A DNA stretch of 64,000 nt from a virus. Numbering within the stretch: the stretch's first letter is position 1; each line of letters opens with the position of its first letter. The stretch covers positions 1-64,000 of the IMG/VR virus record IMGVR_UViG_3300046459_000548. One strand, given 5' to 3'. Shown here one piece after another: positions 61,554 to 64,000 of this stretch. A program made the translations under genes and the position numbers. The notes beneath the pieces are model-generated. The model worked only from the letters and a program-made list of their open reading frames with translations. It did not search any database and was not told where the DNA came from.

Positions 61554-62567
61554 GTGCGTGTTCTGGCAATGCTTCACGCCTACCCCCCGGCGCACAATGC
61601 GGGGGCCGAATGGGCAGCTCACGGGCTGCTGAGAGATTTGGCGGCCCGCGGCCATCAGGTCGATGTGCTGTTGTCCCAGTCAGCCGGCGTGACTGTCGGC
61701 TACGAACTCGACGGGGTCAGGGTTCATCCGTACCGCGGCAAGGGCGATCCGATGCCCTGGATGCGCGGCGACGGCCGGGCGCACGTGGTGGTGACTCACC
61801 TGGAGAACACGCCGCGCGCGTCGATCCTCGCCGACTTGAACGCGATTCCGGTCGTGCACCTGCTGCACAACACGTTCTCCTTCACCAAGGCGTGGCTGGT
61901 CAAGGGCCTTCCGTCGCTGGTGGTGTACAACACGGCGTGGATGCGTGCCGACGTGGAGGCGTGGTGGGAGGCGGACCGGGGCGACCGGCCGATGCCTCCC
62001 GGCATGGTGGTCCGGCCCCCGGTGTACGTCGACGATTACCGGGCCACGCCGGGAAGCTGCGTCACCCTGATCAACCTGACGGAAGAGAAGGGCGCCAAGG
62101 TCTTCTACGGACTCGCCGAGCGGATGCCGCGCCGCAAATTTCTGGGCGTGGTCGGCGGCTATGGGCAGCAGATCGTCCGCGACGACCTCCCGAACGTGGA
62201 AATAGTCGAGCACACTCCTGGCCACGACATGGCCAAGCAGGTGTACGGGCGAACGAAAGTGCTGCTGGTGCCGTCGGTGTACGAGTCCTACGGGCGCGTC
62301 GCCGTGGAGGCCATGTGCTCGGGCATCCCCGTTGTCGCGCACCCCACGCCGGGGCTACTGGAGTCGTGCAGCGACGCCGGGGTCTTCTGTGACCGGGACG
62401 ACCTGGACGCGTGGGAGGCCGCAGTGAAGCGCCTCAACTCGCCGAAAATCTATCCGGAGGCATCGAAGGCCGCAGCGGCGCGAGCTGCTGAACTCGACCC
62501 GCGGACCCAACTCGATGCCTGGTGCACGGCGGTGGAGGGGGTGGCTGCACGTGGACGCCCTCGCTGA
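61554..62567 (+). CDS. GT4-family glycosyltransferase
   Basis: HAYPPAHNAGAEW; PSVYESYGRVAVEAMCSGIPVVA (EX7E). Confidence 0.9.
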   Translation: MRVLAMLHAYPPAHNAGAEWAAHGLLRDLAARGHQVDVLLSQSAGVTVGYELDGVRVHPYRGKGDPMPWMRGDGRAHVVVTHLENTPRASILADLNAIPVVHLLHNTFSFTKAWLVKGLPSLVVYNTAWMRADVEAWWEADRGDRPMPPGMVVRPPVYVDDYRATPGSCVTLINLTEEKGAKVFYGLAERMPRRKFLGVVGGYGQQIVRDDLPNVEIVEHTPGHDMAKQVYGRTKVLLVPSVYESYGRVAVEAMCSGIPVVAHPTPGLLESCSDAGVFCDRDDLDAWEAAVKRLNSPKIYPEASKAAAARAAELDPRTQLDAWCTAVEGVAARGRPR

Positions 62568-63180
62568 CCTGACCGCCCTGGCGGCCCGTCTCGGACGGCC
62601 ACTCCTGTCTGCGGAAGCCGACCGGGCCAGCGTCCTGCTGGACGACGCATCCGCGATGGTGCGCTCCTATACCGGGCAGACGTTCGCCCGGACCGACAAC
62701 GACACGATTGTGGTCCGCGCCCAGCAGGGCGAGATCCGGCTTCCCCAGCGCCCCGTCCGCGACGTGACGGTCGTGATCGCTGTCGGCGCGGGCGGCGCCC
62801 CGGACCTTCCGGTCGTCGGCTGGCAGTGGGACGGCCTGGACATCATCCGTACCTGCCAGGAATCGCCGGTGATCAACCTGCCGGAACGCTGGCACGAGGA
62901 AGACATTGCGGCCTATCCGGGCACCTATCGGGTGACCTACAGCCACGGCGGCACTGTCCCGCCCGACGTGGTGGCCGTTGTGGCGCGCATGGTGCTGCGG
63001 ACGCTGACCGCGCCGACGATGGCGGGCGGCGTGACGGGCGAGACCCTCGGCCCGTACAGCTACCGCACGGACGGGTCCGGCGTGGGCACGGGCGTGGTCA
63101 TGACGGACGACGACCGCAAGACGCTGGCCCTGGCCGGCTACCGGCGTAAGGCGGCCATGTCGATGGTGAGGTTCCGGTGA
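62551..63180 (+). CDS. head-to-tail adaptor
   Basis: LAARLGR...LLDDASAMVR...VTYSHG...ETLGPYSY. Confidence 0.8.
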   Translation: MDALADLTALAARLGRPLLSAEADRASVLLDDASAMVRSYTGQTFARTDNDTIVVRAQQGEIRLPQRPVRDVTVVIAVGAGGAPDLPVVGWQWDGLDIIRTCQESPVINLPERWHEEDIAAYPGTYRVTYSHGGTVPPDVVAVVARMVLRTLTAPTMAGGVTGETLGPYSYRTDGSGVGTGVVMTDDDRKTLALAGYRRKAAMSMVRFR

Positions 63181-64000
63181 CCGGGCTGAATGTGGTGGCG
63201 CGGCTGCACGCCTATCCGCCGGACCACAATGCGGGCGCTGAGTGGATGGTCCACGAGATGCTGCGCGCCCTCGTGCAGCGCGGACACCGGGCGACGGTGT
63301 GGCTGTCGCAGTGGGCGGAAACCCGCGAGCCGTATGACGTGGACGGTGTTCACGTGATGCCGGACGGGTCCGGCGGGAATTTCGCTCTGGCGGCGGCCAG
63401 GGCGGATGCGCTGGTCAGTCATCTGGAGAGCGTGCCGTATGCGGCAGCCTTGGCTCGCGGCCACGGCGTCCCCTTGATCGTGGTGTGCCACAACACGTTC
63501 GACCTGACATGGCAGCCGATGAGGGAGGGGTCGACGGCGCTCGCGGTCGCCAACTCGCAGTGGATGCTCACCGAGGCCGAGGCTTTCTTCGAGGGCCGCA
63601 CGTGCGGGCCGGACCGGTGGCTGACGGTACGGCCGCCCGTACACGCTGCCGAGTACCAGACACGCCCCGGCGACTGCATCACGCTGATCAACTGCACGAT
63701 GACCAAGGGGGCGGGGGTTCTGGCCGAGCTCGCGGAACGCATGCCGGACCGCAAGTTCCTGGCGGTGCGCGGCGGATACGGTGAGCAGCAGCCGCCCGAC
63801 CTGCCGAACGTCGCCGTCCTGGACCACGTCCCGGGCCGTGCCATGCGGGATGAGGTGTATGCCCGCACCCGGATCCTGCTGATGCCGTCGGACTACGAAT
63901 CGTGGGGCCGTGTAGGCGTGGAGGCCGTGGCCTCCGGTATCCCCGTCATCGCACACCCCACCGAAGGCCTCACGGAATCCCTCGGCCCAGCGGGCACCTT
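63177..64000 (+). CDS. second GT4-family glycosyltransferase (runs off window end)
   Basis: Manual translation MTGLNVVARLHAYPPDHNAGAEW...PSDYESWGRVGVEAVASGIPVIAHP. Confidence 0.85.
   Translation, partial: MTGLNVVARLHAYPPDHNAGAEWMVHEMLRALVQRGHRATVWLSQWAETREPYDVDGVHVMPDGSGGNFALAAARADALVSHLESVPYAAALARGHGVPLIVVCHNTFDLTWQPMREGSTALAVANSQWMLTEAEAFFEGRTCGPDRWLTVRPPVHAAEYQTRPGDCITLINCTMTKGAGVLAELAERMPDRKFLAVRGGYGEQQPPDLPNVAVLDHVPGRAMRDEVYARTRILLMPSDYESWGRVGVEAVASGIPVIAHPTEGLTESLGPAGT

Larger units (their letters stand above)
1700..64000. mobile_element. temperate siphovirus/prophage (continues beyond window; probably also includes 1-1700)
   Basis: Integrase, immunity, replication, terminase, portal and capsid genes in canonical order. 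Confidence 0.95.

Overview
High-GC (Streptomyces-like) temperate siphovirus/prophage filling almost the whole window. Order: small regulators and an attP-like region (1-1770); tyrosine integrase, CI/Cro switch, Xis and antirepressor (1700-5713); early genes with HNH, DnaN clamp and RecE/RecT (5.7-16 kb); replisome organiser, DnaC and DnaB (17.8-20.7 kb); a counter-oriented accessory operon encoding a class I aaRS-like enzyme plus an ASCH protein (25.3-27.1 kb); an embedded Streptomyces plasmid/AICE-type transfer module (GntR Kor, UTRA-only protein, Xis, RapZ-C, SpdB-like, clt-like repeats, TraB-like FtsK ATPase; 28-39 kb) with no integrase or Rep of its own; a pre-terminase cluster of fibre/beta-helix proteins with a GT2 and an epimerase (43-51.5 kb); HNHs, a cos-like region, terminase with a class 3 intein, portal, scaffold and capsid, and two GT4 glycosyltransferases flanking the head-tail adaptor (52-64 kb). 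Strongest novelty candidates are a phage that may also transfer by conjugation, the aaRS-like/ASCH pair, virion glycosylation, and a family of C-rich-loop hairpins. All calls come from reading motifs by eye; no database searches were run.
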